From assembly GCA_013214275.1 (NCBI GenBank), contig JABSPP010000005.1, positions 1-36,151 of the forward strand: a stretch of 36,151 bases of DNA. Reading direction: 5' to 3'. Below, piece by piece: positions 1 through 8,597 of this stretch. Every line of letters begins with the position of its first letter. Positions within the stretch are counted from its first letter, which is position 1. Source of the stretch: Flavobacteriaceae bacterium (GTDB lineage: Bacteria; Bacteroidota; Bacteroidia; Flavobacteriales; Flavobacteriaceae). The notes beneath the pieces are model-generated. The model saw only the letters and a program-made list of their open reading frames with translations, was not told where the DNA came from and did no database searches. The position numbers and the translations under genes were made by a program.

Positions 1-757
1 CACTTTTGATGTATTCTTTGATAATCTGCTCAGTGATCTTTTTGGTGGTCTTATCCGTTTGGTCTTGATCCTTAGATTTCAAGTGTGTCTTTCCCGCTCC
101 TACTTTTAAGATTCTATGCTCCATAGGAAAGATCCAGGAATAGCCTTTAATCGCCCACTTGTGACCCAAGAAAAACACCAATCGTTCTTTAAATTGATCG
201 TAGATTTCCTGTTCCACCTCGATCAAATACTCGGTACCACTTCCCAGATACATTTCAGGTTGTTCTTCTTTGGTATCGTACATTACCTTGCGTAATGGAC
301 CGGTAGCATCAACGACCAATTTGGTTTGCACTTGAATCGTTTCTGAAGTCTTTGATTTTTGGAGTTCTAAAGTGACAATATCATTTTCTACTTTCTTGCT
401 GATGTATTTGTGCCCTGTGAGTACTTCGCCACCATGAGTCTCCGTTTCATCGGCCAAAAATTGACGTAGTTTTCCGAAGTCCAATATAACTCCCTTGTCG
501 GAATCTCCCTTCCAATCATAGCCTTTTCCTGTACATTGAATGGTAATGTCTTTCCAATAGGATCCGATAATGCTGTCTGGTAAATCGAATTCCTTGAGCG
601 GTTCTAAAGTCATTCCAGCACTCGAAAAGTTATTGTGCCCAAAGGTTGGATATCGTTCTACCAGTAAGACTTTGTGTCCTCGTTTAGCAAGATTTCTCGA
701 CGTTTGTCCACCTGCTGGACCTCCACCAATCACCACGACATCATATAAGTCAATCAT
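1..757 (-). CDS. NAD(P)/FAD-dependent oxidoreductase, geranylgeranyl-reductase/FixC-like; 3' end runs off the window
   Basis: Not in the ORF track because it is truncated. Manual translation from the ATG at 757 gives MIDLYDVVVIGGGPAGGQTSRNLAKRGHKVLLVERY..., a GxGxxG FAD-binding Rossmann motif followed by the acidic residue of beta-2. Confidence 0.8.
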   Translation of the reverse strand, partial: MIDLYDVVVIGGGPAGGQTSRNLAKRGHKVLLVERYPTFGHNNFSSAGMTLEPLKEFDLPDSIIGSYWKDITIQCTGKGYDWKGDSDKGVILDFGKLRQFLADETETHGGEVLTGHKYISKKVENDIVTLELQKSKTSETIQVQTKLVVDATGPLRKVMYDTKEEQPEMYLGSGTEYLIEVEQEIYDQFKERLVFFLGHKWAIKGYSWIFPMEHRILKVGAGKTHLKSKDQDQTDKTTKKITEQIIKEYIKS

Positions 758-766
758 ATTTTATTG

Positions 767-1216
767 CTAGTTCAAATTTCGTTTTTGAATAAAAAACCGC
801 TTCATGAGCTGGCTGCACTCTTCTGCTAAAACACCACTAACAACAGTCGTTTTAGGATGCAGTTGTGTATTCAGATTCACAAAGCCTCGCTGTGGATCGG
901 AAGCACCATATACAATTTTACCAATTTGTGTCCAGTAGCTAGCTCCAGCACACATCTGACAGGGCTCTAAGGTGACGTAAAGAATACAGTCTTTGAGGTA
1001 TTTTCCACCTAAAAAATTTGCTGCAGCGGTAAATGCCTGCATTTCTGCATGGGCAGTCACATCATTTAGTGTTTCTGTAAGGTTATGAGCTCTGGCGATC
1101 ATCTGATTTTTAAGTACAATTACTGCTCCAACAGGGATTTCGCCTTTGTCAAAAGCAATCTCTGCTTCTTGAAGTGCTCTTTTCATAAAATAGATATCGT
1201 CAAAAGGGTCTAGCAT
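767..1216 (-). CDS. tadA: Nucleoside deaminase, tRNA adenosine(34) deaminase TadA-like
   Basis: HAE...EPCxMC zinc deaminase motifs and GEIPVGAV. Start placed at the ATG at 1216 (MLDPFDD) because the longer ORF start overlaps dxs. Confidence 0.8.
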   Translation of the reverse strand: MLDPFDDIYFMKRALQEAEIAFDKGEIPVGAVIVLKNQMIARAHNLTETLNDVTAHAEMQAFTAAANFLGGKYLKDCILYVTLEPCQMCAGASYWTQIGKIVYGASDPQRGFVNLNTQLHPKTTVVSGVLAEECSQLMKRFFIQKRNLN

Positions 1217-1265
1217 GCTGTAGAATTTCTTCAATATTACAAAAAGCAAATGAGTTGTAAAGTCG

Positions 1266-1273
1266 TATTTTTG
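1266..1273 (+). promoter_or_regulatory. Bacteroidota -7 promoter box (TATTTTTG) for dxs
   Basis: Exact TAnnTTTG match 7 nt before the dxs GTG. Confidence 0.55.
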
Positions 1274-1280
1274 TATTCTT

Positions 1281-3041
1281 GTGCATCGCTTGTTAGACCA
1301 TATCAAATGGCCTTCTGATTTAAGAGGCCTATCCGAAGATCAACTACCTCTCCTAGCTGAGGAATTGAGAGCTTTTATCATCGCTGTTGTCGCTGCGAAG
1401 AAAGGACACTTGGGCGCCAGTTTGGGAGTGGTTGAACTGACGATTGCGCTACACTACTTGTTTGATACTCCTAATGATTTATTGGTTTGGGATGTGGGAC
1501 ATCAAGCCTATGGTCATAAAATCCTTACAGGCAGAAAAGATCGTTTTCATACCAACAGACAGCTTGGAGGCATCTCTGGATTTCCAAAAAGAGCCGAAAG
1601 TATATACGACACTTTTGGGGTTGGACATTCTTCTACTTCCATATCAGCAGCTTTAGGAATGGCGATTGCTTCTTCTTTAAAAGGTGAGACAGAAAAACAA
1701 CATATTGCTGTCATTGGTGATGCCTCTATTGCGAGTGGAATGGCCTTTGAAGCACTAAATCACGCTGGGGTGAGCAATACCAATTTGCTAATTATCTTGA
1801 ATGACAACGCCATTGGAATTGATCCATCTGTTGGTGCTTTAAAAGAGTATTTAACCAAAGTCAAGACAGATCGGTCTTTGGCTCAGAATAACATCATCAA
1901 AGCATTGAATTTTGATTATTCTGGTCCGATTGATGGACATGACTTCAAAAGTTTATTGAAGGAACTAAAACGTCTTAAAAAGAAAAAAGGTCCGAAGTTC
2001 CTCCACGTGATTACCACTAAAGGAAAAGGACTCAAACAAGCAGAAAAAGATCAAGTAAAATACCACTCACCAGGGGAGTTTGATGCAAAAACAGGAGATC
2101 TCATTCCAAGCAATAGTGATGGTCTTCCTCCCAAATACCAAGATGTTTTTGGGGCAACGATTGTTGAACTGGCAGCGCAAAATGAACAAATTATTGGGAT
2201 TACTCCTGCCATGCTTACAGGAAGCTCTCTAAAATTGATGATGGAGCGTTTCCCCAATCGTACTTTTGATGTTGGCATTGCTGAACAGCACGCTGTGACT
2301 TTATCTGCAGGGATGGCCACACAGGGAATGGTGTCCTTCTGCACGATCTATTCCACCTTTTTACAAAGAGCTTATGATCAGGTTATTCACGATGTTGCTT
2401 TACAAAATCTACCTGTAATTTTCTGTCTGGATAGAGCTGGATTGGTTGGAGAGGATGGTGCAACGCACCATGGAATTTTTGACTTGACATACCTAAGAGC
2501 GATTCCCAATATGATTGTTTTTGCGCCGCGGAATGAAATGGAGCTTCGCAATATCATGTATACCGCACAACTAGGTTTGGATCATCCAATTGCTATTCGA
2601 TATCCTAGGGGAAGAGGGATTACAGTAGATTGGAAGCAGCCATTCTCGGCCATTAAAATAGGCACAGGCATTTGTTTAAAAGATGGGGAAGGCCTTGCTA
2701 TATTATCTGTAGGAACTATCGCTAACCATGTGATAAAAGCACTAGAGGAATTTCCAGATATAGCTCATTTCGATATGCGATTTGTAAAACCTCTGGATGA
2801 GCCATTACTGCATGCTATATGTAAAAAATACGCAACGATTGTCACTGTTGAGGAGGGTGTAAAAAAAGGAGGTTTTGGCACTGCTGTTTTGGAGTTTACC
2901 GCTCATCATCAGTACAGTGTCAGCATTAAAGTCCTGGGGATTGAAGATGTATTTACCGAGCATGGTACTGTTGAAGAACTTCATAAGACCAATGGAATTG
3001 ATGCAGTTTCTATTGCCAAAAATATCAGGTCTGTGTTGTGA
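1281..3041 (+). CDS. dxs: 1-deoxy-D-xylulose-5-phosphate synthase
   Basis: GHLGASLGVVELT, WDVGHQAY, GHSSTSIS, TPP-binding GDA...NDN, DVGIAEQHAV, DRAGLVGEDGATH and IRYPRG motifs. Confidence 0.97.
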   Translation: MHRLLDHIKWPSDLRGLSEDQLPLLAEELRAFIIAVVAAKKGHLGASLGVVELTIALHYLFDTPNDLLVWDVGHQAYGHKILTGRKDRFHTNRQLGGISGFPKRAESIYDTFGVGHSSTSISAALGMAIASSLKGETEKQHIAVIGDASIASGMAFEALNHAGVSNTNLLIILNDNAIGIDPSVGALKEYLTKVKTDRSLAQNNIIKALNFDYSGPIDGHDFKSLLKELKRLKKKKGPKFLHVITTKGKGLKQAEKDQVKYHSPGEFDAKTGDLIPSNSDGLPPKYQDVFGATIVELAAQNEQIIGITPAMLTGSSLKLMMERFPNRTFDVGIAEQHAVTLSAGMATQGMVSFCTIYSTFLQRAYDQVIHDVALQNLPVIFCLDRAGLVGEDGATHHGIFDLTYLRAIPNMIVFAPRNEMELRNIMYTAQLGLDHPIAIRYPRGRGITVDWKQPFSAIKIGTGICLKDGEGLAILSVGTIANHVIKALEEFPDIAHFDMRFVKPLDEPLLHAICKKYATIVTVEEGVKKGGFGTAVLEFTAHHQYSVSIKVLGIEDVFTEHGTVEELHKTNGIDAVSIAKNIRSVL

Positions 3042-3052
3042 GCTTTTCGACT

Positions 3053-3081
3053 AAAAAAAAGCCGCAATAAAGCGGCTTTTT
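3053..3081. terminator. Bidirectional rho-independent terminator
   Basis: A-run + GCCGC-aataaa-GCGGC + T-run, between convergent dxs and the T9SS protein gene. Confidence 0.85.
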
Positions 3082-3090
3082 CTAATATGT

Positions 3091-5839
3091 TTACTTGATA
3101 ATTATTTTCTCTGAAGATGTTCTGTTATTCACATCAGTGATGTGTACTATATAAATTCCTGACTTTAGATTTACAGACACACTCTGATTTTGTTGTTCAT
3201 TAAAGTTTAACGATGCGTCAAAAACTTGCTTTCCATTAATGTCATAGATATTCATCTTAGAGTTTCCTAATTCGGTCTTAGCAAAAACTTTAAAGTTTCC
3301 ATTAGAAATTGTTGGATATACAGAGAATACTTTTTTATTTGCCAACACATCATCTACAGAGGCAACATCTGATGTGAATACAGAGGTAAACATTCCTCTT
3401 CCGTGTGTCGTTGCTAAGATGGTATTGTCTGAGGGTCTCAAGTCCAAATCAATCACTGTTACATCACTCATGCCGTTGTATGACTGAGACCATTCAACAT
3501 TTGTTGCTGTATAATCAGACGTTCTCCAAACACCAAGTTTTGTTCCAATAATTAGTTCATTGGGCAGCAATGGATTTTGAAGGATACACAAAACAGGCAA
3601 GTCGGGTAAATCTCCTTCAATCGCAGTCCAAGAGTTTCCTCCGTCATCTGTAAACCAGATATTTGTGATTCCGTAATTATAAAATGTAACAAAAATTTCC
3701 TCCTCATTTTGACCAAACTCAATGTCTGAAATACTTCCTATGAAGTCTGCTCCTGAAATGTCTGTCCAAGTGGCTGAAGAGGTATTTGCATCTTCTATTT
3801 TTAGTAGTTTGCTGTTTGTCAATCCTACGTAGAGATTGGATGTGGTTGTAGTATATGGAGAAATTTGCATAGCTGATGGAGAGGCATTTAGCAAGGAGTT
3901 GATCAGAAGAGTATTATATGTTGGATCCCCTCCGGGGATAAACTCTGAAACTCTTTCTATTCTATCTACGGCAGAATTCCCCGCGTTAGAATACAAAACA
4001 TCCAAATTTTTATCGAGAACCGCTGTGTTAATAAATGCTCCTCCTCCAAAAGAGGTGATACTGGACACTTGGTTTATTGTGGGATAATTTACATACCTGT
4101 GTGAGTTTCCAGTATAGCTTTGAATCATATACTGTCCAGAATCGTCAATTTCCGTGTAGGCTCCGTCTCCTCCAAAAGGTTCATCAAAGGCATTAATGGT
4201 ACTTGCTGCGTCTTGAACAATTGGTGTTCCATTATCTTGTGTTCCGCCTGCAATATCATCTCCGTTGGCAGCGCCTGCTGGATCTATGGTTCCGTAGTAA
4301 AATTGGGTAACATTGTAGTTGTTATTTCTTGGAGTAATGCTTATTGAACTCGTAGTTTCGGTGATATCGGGAGTGTAATAAACTCCACCGTCGTTCCCAA
4401 GAACTGCTTGATTCTCGTTTCCTGTATCTGGTCTAAACAGAATCGCATGATGATCTGCATGTACTAACGGTATATTAAGACCCGACAACGCATTGTTATT
4501 GGACCATTTTGATATTTGGGTCCAGTTAGTTCCTTCATTAGTTGATCTGAATAAATCAATACCCCCAACATACAGATTGTCATTGGCATCAACTTCTACT
4601 GGCAGATCATAGAAGGCTTGACCTCTTGTGTAATCAGTTGAAGGGATTCCATTGTCAGCATCATTGGGTTCGTTCATTGAACTTACTGTTGCAAAAGCAT
4701 CATCTGTAAAAAAAGATCTGCTTCGCCTGTACTTGAATTTCTGATGGCTACCCAAAATTTTCGGTGTTGATGCTAGAGGGTTCTAATTCTGTTCTGTGGG
4801 CGTTGGGAATGGTGGTGATTAGATCGAATGTAATTCCGTCTGTGGAGCGGAAAATTTTGCCTCCATTGTACCCAAAGCTACTTCTTGTGGTCGTTAGCCA
4901 CACGTTGTTATCTGAGTCCAGTTCAATATCATTGGGATTGGAGGGGCTCCCATTGGATTCGTTGAGCGTAAATTTGGTCCAGCTCGAACCTCCATCTGAT
5001 GATTTATATAGGCCTTGTTCGTTTAACCCCATAAACTGGTTTGGATTTCCTCCAGATTCTGTGTAAAATGCTCCTGCTACGGATGTGTAAAGTTCTGTAG
5101 AACCATTAACATTTCTAGCAACTAAATCATTGATGTAGAAAATACCATTTACCAACTCGCCTCCGTCTGCACTGTCGAAGCCTCCGAAAATATTTGACCA
5201 TGTAATTCCTCCGTCTGTTGATTTCCAGATACCTCTTCCCACCGCATCTCCCGAGGTGTAAGATTCTCCAGATCCAATGTAAAATATATTTGAATCGTTG
5301 GGGTCTGAAATAATGACAGTAACTGAGATATTTGCTCCTATTCCGGGAACTAGAGTCCAGGATGAACTGGCATCGGTAATGTCTTCGTTTACCCAGAGTC
5401 CTCCGCTTACACCTCCCGCAAAGACTCTATTATAGTCTGTATCGTTTGGATCGAACATAATTCCTCTGGTTCTTCCTCCAATATTATTGGGACCTCGTTC
5501 AACCCAAGCACTGTAGGAATCTCCACCACCACCGCGGTTATTAAAACTATTATTGCGAAGTTCCTGCTGTAATTTATCAACTCTTTCTGGCATAGGTCTG
5601 CCAGTATTGGGATCCATGGTAAGTTCCCACATTTGCTCGTAATAGGCGTTTGGGGGGATGCCCAATGCTATTCGTTTTTCTTTGGAAAGGTATTGTGTTT
5701 TTTTGAAGGGGCTATTCTCTAAAAAAGAGTTATGTTGCTCTCTTAGCTTTTCTATATCTGACTTGTAAAATTTTCCTAGATATAGGATTCCACTAATGAG
5801 TACTAATAATGAAATGAGGGTACGTAGTTTTTTTTTCAT
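3091..5839 (-). pseudogene. T9SS type A sorting domain protein with BNR/Asp-box (sortilin/VPS10-like beta-propeller) repeats, frameshifted into two ORFs (5839-4748 and 4755-3091)
   Basis: The N-terminal ORF has a signal-like start and Asp boxes (KSTDGGITW, KSSDGGSSW). The C-terminal ORF continues Asp boxes (RSTNEGTNW, FTDDGGNSW) and ends in a T9SS CTD (VYPTIS...IYDINGK...LKSGIYIV...KIIIK). The ORFs overlap out of frame. This could be a sequencing error rather than a true pseudogene. Confidence 0.8.
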
Positions 5840-5867
5840 GTTGTCGTTTATTTTAGTTGTGACTTTA

Positions 5868-5875
5868 CAAAGTTA
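5868..5875 (-). promoter_or_regulatory. -7 promoter box (TAACTTTG) for the T9SS protein gene
   Basis: Exact TAnnTTTG on the minus strand, about 28 nt upstream of the ATG at 5839. Confidence 0.6.
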
Positions 5876-5999
5876 AGGATAAGGGATTAAAATTTAACGC
5901 GATAATCTTCTTTTACTCGGTGCAGGTTGATCTTTTGTAATGGTTCACAGACTTAGAAAAATAAATGATATGGTTGTTTCTTGGAGAAAAGGTGTCTTT

Positions 6000-6092
6000 A
6001 ATGCTGCGTTAGCGATGGCAGCGGCATCCTTTTTTGACGCTTAAAAGGCAAAAAAGATATAGCGGATAGCGCGACCTGAAAGGGAACGCCCT
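6000..6092 (-). repeat. Structured intergenic repeat, copy 1 (Flavo-1 RNA-like / REP-like element)
   Basis: Near-identical to 20121-20212. The minus strand reads GGGCGTTCCCTTTCAGGTCGCGCTATCCGCTATATCTTTTTTG...CAAAAAAGGATGCCGC...AACGC with nested stems. The family name is from recollection only. Confidence 0.8.
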
Positions 6093-6173
6093 AAAATAAC
6101 TGCAAAGGTGCTTTACTGTGCTTTTGTATTGCCTCTGACATTGTTGTAAAAACGTACTTCCCCTTTGGAAAGT

Positions 6174-7514
6174 TTACAAAACACTTCCTTGTATTTTTTT
6201 ATGAATTCGTATGGCGTAACGATCTGACATTCTTGAAATATAAGTACAAATGGCCATGATTCTTGTATAGGTGGATGCTGACTGTACTCTAAATTCTTTG
6301 GGGAGTATATGCAGTAGTAGTTTGTCGTAATTGGTTGGGGTTCCTGCTTGATCGTTGTTGAGGGTTGTTACGAATACGTCTAGCAGATCGGCAATAATTT
6401 TGTATCCAGCTACTTCTTTCTCTATGACTTCTTTACTCTTGTAAATCTTTGAAATGCTGATGTTGATTATGTCGTTGATCTGTGCTTCGTATTTGCATTT
6501 GTCTAGCAGAGATTGTTCAAATGCTCCTTGTACTATTTGTTCTTCGTTTTTTAAAAAAATATTGATGGCTTCGTTGATTAGTGTATTGATGGCCAGTGCA
6601 CGAAGATAGCTTATACGGTCTTTTTTGAATTTTAGTGAGTGATATTTGCTGGTATCAATGGTGTCTTTCACGAGTTTAATGAGGTATTCTAATGCATATT
6701 CCTCGTCGATAAGTCCTAGGTTGATTCCGTCTTCAAAGTCGATGATGGTGTAGCAGATGTCATCGGCTGCTTCTACTAGATATGCTAGTGGGTGCCTGTA
6801 ATATCCTATATCTTGTGAAGTGGATTTAGGTGTCATTCCCAATGTTTCAACTAGGTCTAAGAATGCTTCTTTTTCTGATTGGAAGAATCCGTATTTTTTA
6901 TCTGCAATGTGTTGGGTTGGTTTTTTGGGTAGTGATTCCTTGGGATATTTCATGAAGGCTCCTAAGGTGGCATACGACAGTCGGAGCCCGCCATAAACTC
7001 CTTCTCTGTGTTCTGTTAGGATTTTAAATCCGTTGGCATTTCCTTCAAAATTGATGAGGTCTTGGTATTCTTTTGGGGTGAGTTGACTTTTGTATTTTCT
7101 TCCTTTTCCTGTTTTAAAGTACTCTCCTATGGCTTTTTCTCCCGAATGTCCAAAGGGTGGATTCCCAATATCGTGCATAAGTGATGCGGTGGCGACAATG
7201 GCTCCAAAATCATTGAATGTGTATCCTAGCTTTTTTAGGTTGGGGTATTTTTCTAGCAGGGCTTTTCCTGCTTTTCTTCCTAGTGTTCTCCCTACGACGG
7301 AGACTTCTAAACTGTGTGTTAGACGGGTGTGTACGAAGTCGGTTTCTGAGAGTGGAATGACTTGGGTTTTGTCTTGTAGGCTCCGAAAGGCTTCTGAGAA
7401 AATAATCCGATCAAAGTCAACCTCAAAGCCTAGGCGTGTTTCATCTTGCTGTGCTCTTGGTCTTTTTTCTGTGTCTCCGTATCGTTTTAATGAAAGTAGT
7501 TGTTCCCAGTTCAT
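6174..7514 (-). CDS. dgt: Deoxyguanosinetriphosphate triphosphohydrolase (dGTPase, HD domain)
   Basis: RSLQDKTQV, HTRLTHSLEV, HDIGNPPFGHSGE, FEGNAN and EAADDICY motifs. Confidence 0.95.
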   Translation of the reverse strand: MNWEQLLSLKRYGDTEKRPRAQQDETRLGFEVDFDRIIFSEAFRSLQDKTQVIPLSETDFVHTRLTHSLEVSVVGRTLGRKAGKALLEKYPNLKKLGYTFNDFGAIVATASLMHDIGNPPFGHSGEKAIGEYFKTGKGRKYKSQLTPKEYQDLINFEGNANGFKILTEHREGVYGGLRLSYATLGAFMKYPKESLPKKPTQHIADKKYGFFQSEKEAFLDLVETLGMTPKSTSQDIGYYRHPLAYLVEAADDICYTIIDFEDGINLGLIDEEYALEYLIKLVKDTIDTSKYHSLKFKKDRISYLRALAINTLINEAINIFLKNEEQIVQGAFEQSLLDKCKYEAQINDIINISISKIYKSKEVIEKEVAGYKIIADLLDVFVTTLNNDQAGTPTNYDKLLLHILPKEFRVQSASTYTRIMAICTYISRMSDRYAIRIHKKIQGSVL

Positions 7515-7545
7515 TTTAATATTGTCACTTATTGAAGGTAATAAA

Positions 7546-7574
7546 AAAGAATCTCAAATATATTGAGATTCTTT
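7546..7574 (-). terminator. Rho-independent terminator of the 225-aa orphan gene
   Basis: Perfect 12-bp inverted repeat AAAGAATCTCAA-atata-TTGAGATTCTTT, ending in a T-run on the minus strand, about 30 nt after the stop at 7603. Confidence 0.7.
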
Positions 7575-7602
7575 AAAAGCACTCTTATTAAAATGCAAAG
7601 TT

Positions 7603-8280
7603 TTAAGCTATATTCCAGTACCTTTTGACTTCTTCACAAATAATATCCACTTTATCAAGATATTTATGTATTTGAAGTGGCGCGGAAACAATTCTTTGAT
7701 CAAACACATCTAACGACATGCATAACTTAGGAAGAACTTCTGCATCATAATCTTTTGAAATAGATTCCAAATACTTCTGCAAAACAGCAGATACTATTTT
7801 GGATTCTCTAGGTTCAAAAATATTTCCTTTTGATAAATGGATTTTCACACCTCCCATATAAGTTTTACCCTCGTAAGATATGGTAAAGATAATATCGGGA
7901 GAGACCAAAACTTCTACTTCTTTGATGTAGGTAGACTTTACTTTATGACTTTTTATCAAATTAAGTCTATAATTCTTAAGAATATTTGGTATTTCTACTT
8001 CTAAAAAACTGTTCATTGCTTTAATAGATGCAAGTTTGTTTTGCAATTCTCTTGGTTTATTAGGATCAGTAATTTTACTTTTTAGCCTCCTAAGACCGTC
8101 AACGATATAATCTTTGTTCCCATTATTTGATAGGCATTTTTTAATGCTTGCTCTGGGAGTTTGATACCATGAAACTCTTAACTTGTCTGGGTTTTTTTGA
8201 TCTCTTATGATTCTCTTCTTCTTCGCTTTGCTTCCTTTAGAAAAATCAACCAATTGATTTATTGAAATAAAATATTTCAT
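7603..8280 (-). CDS. Hypothetical basic protein, possible degenerate PD-(D/E)xK fold
   Basis: 225-aa ATG ORF in very AT-rich DNA with its own terminator. It contains SPDII...GGVKIH. No family recognised with certainty. Confidence 0.8.
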   Translation of the reverse strand: MKYFISINQLVDFSKGSKAKKKRIIRDQKNPDKLRVSWYQTPRASIKKCLSNNGNKDYIVDGLRRLKSKITDPNKPRELQNKLASIKAMNSFLEVEIPNILKNYRLNLIKSHKVKSTYIKEVEVLVSPDIIFTISYEGKTYMGGVKIHLSKGNIFEPRESKIVSAVLQKYLESISKDYDAEVLPKLCMSLDVFDQRIVSAPLQIHKYLDKVDIICEEVKRYWNIA

Positions 8281-8300
8281 TGCTTGTAATTTATTTTCAA

Positions 8301-8343
8301 GGTTATTAACACCTGAAATAAAATTTTATGAATGTTAATAACC
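8301..8343. promoter_or_regulatory. 11-bp perfect inverted repeat (operator or leader hairpin) upstream of the orphan gene
   Basis: GGTTATTAACA (8301-8311) and TGTTAATAACC (8333-8343) with a 21-nt spacer. It overlaps a near-consensus minus-strand -7 box TAACCTTG (8298-8305). Confidence 0.55.
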
Positions 8344-8451
8344 AATTAAACAATAGAAGTATCAACATTTTAAGTTTAACACTTCTCTTAATAAAATAGA
8401 AGTTATTTTCTTGGAAGGAATAGTGCTATTTTGTATTTTAGCACAAAAAGA

Positions 8452-8560
8452 TGAGATAATCTCAAATCCTTTTTTTTATCAAAATTTTTGCCGTCCAGAA
8501 CAAAAATTTAAAAATCCAAGAGAGGTGCTTCGGTGCCTCTTTTCGCGTTTCATTATCTCA
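8452..8560 (+). ncRNA. Candidate structured small RNA / terminator-like hairpin cluster
   Basis: Closing stem 8452-8460/8552-8560, hairpin 8482-8490/8501-8509, and an 11-bp stem 8518-8543 with a C(UUCG)G loop and three G-U pairs that only pair on the plus strand. Confidence 0.4.
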
Positions 8561-8597
8561 GCTTACATTATTATTTATTTTTTAATCTTTATACAAT

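Noticed and set aside
6174-7514. dGTPase as an anti-phage nucleotide-depletion system
   Set aside because: It sits among housekeeping genes near nrdAB and looks like the ordinary Flavobacteriaceae enzyme. Nothing in the sequence distinguishes it as defensive.
7550-8467. 10-bp direct repeat AATCTCAAAT (7550-7559, 8458-8467) as a target-site duplication around the orphan gene
   Set aside because: Short and AT-rich, so plausible by chance. No integrase or transposase is nearby, and an empty-site comparison would be needed.
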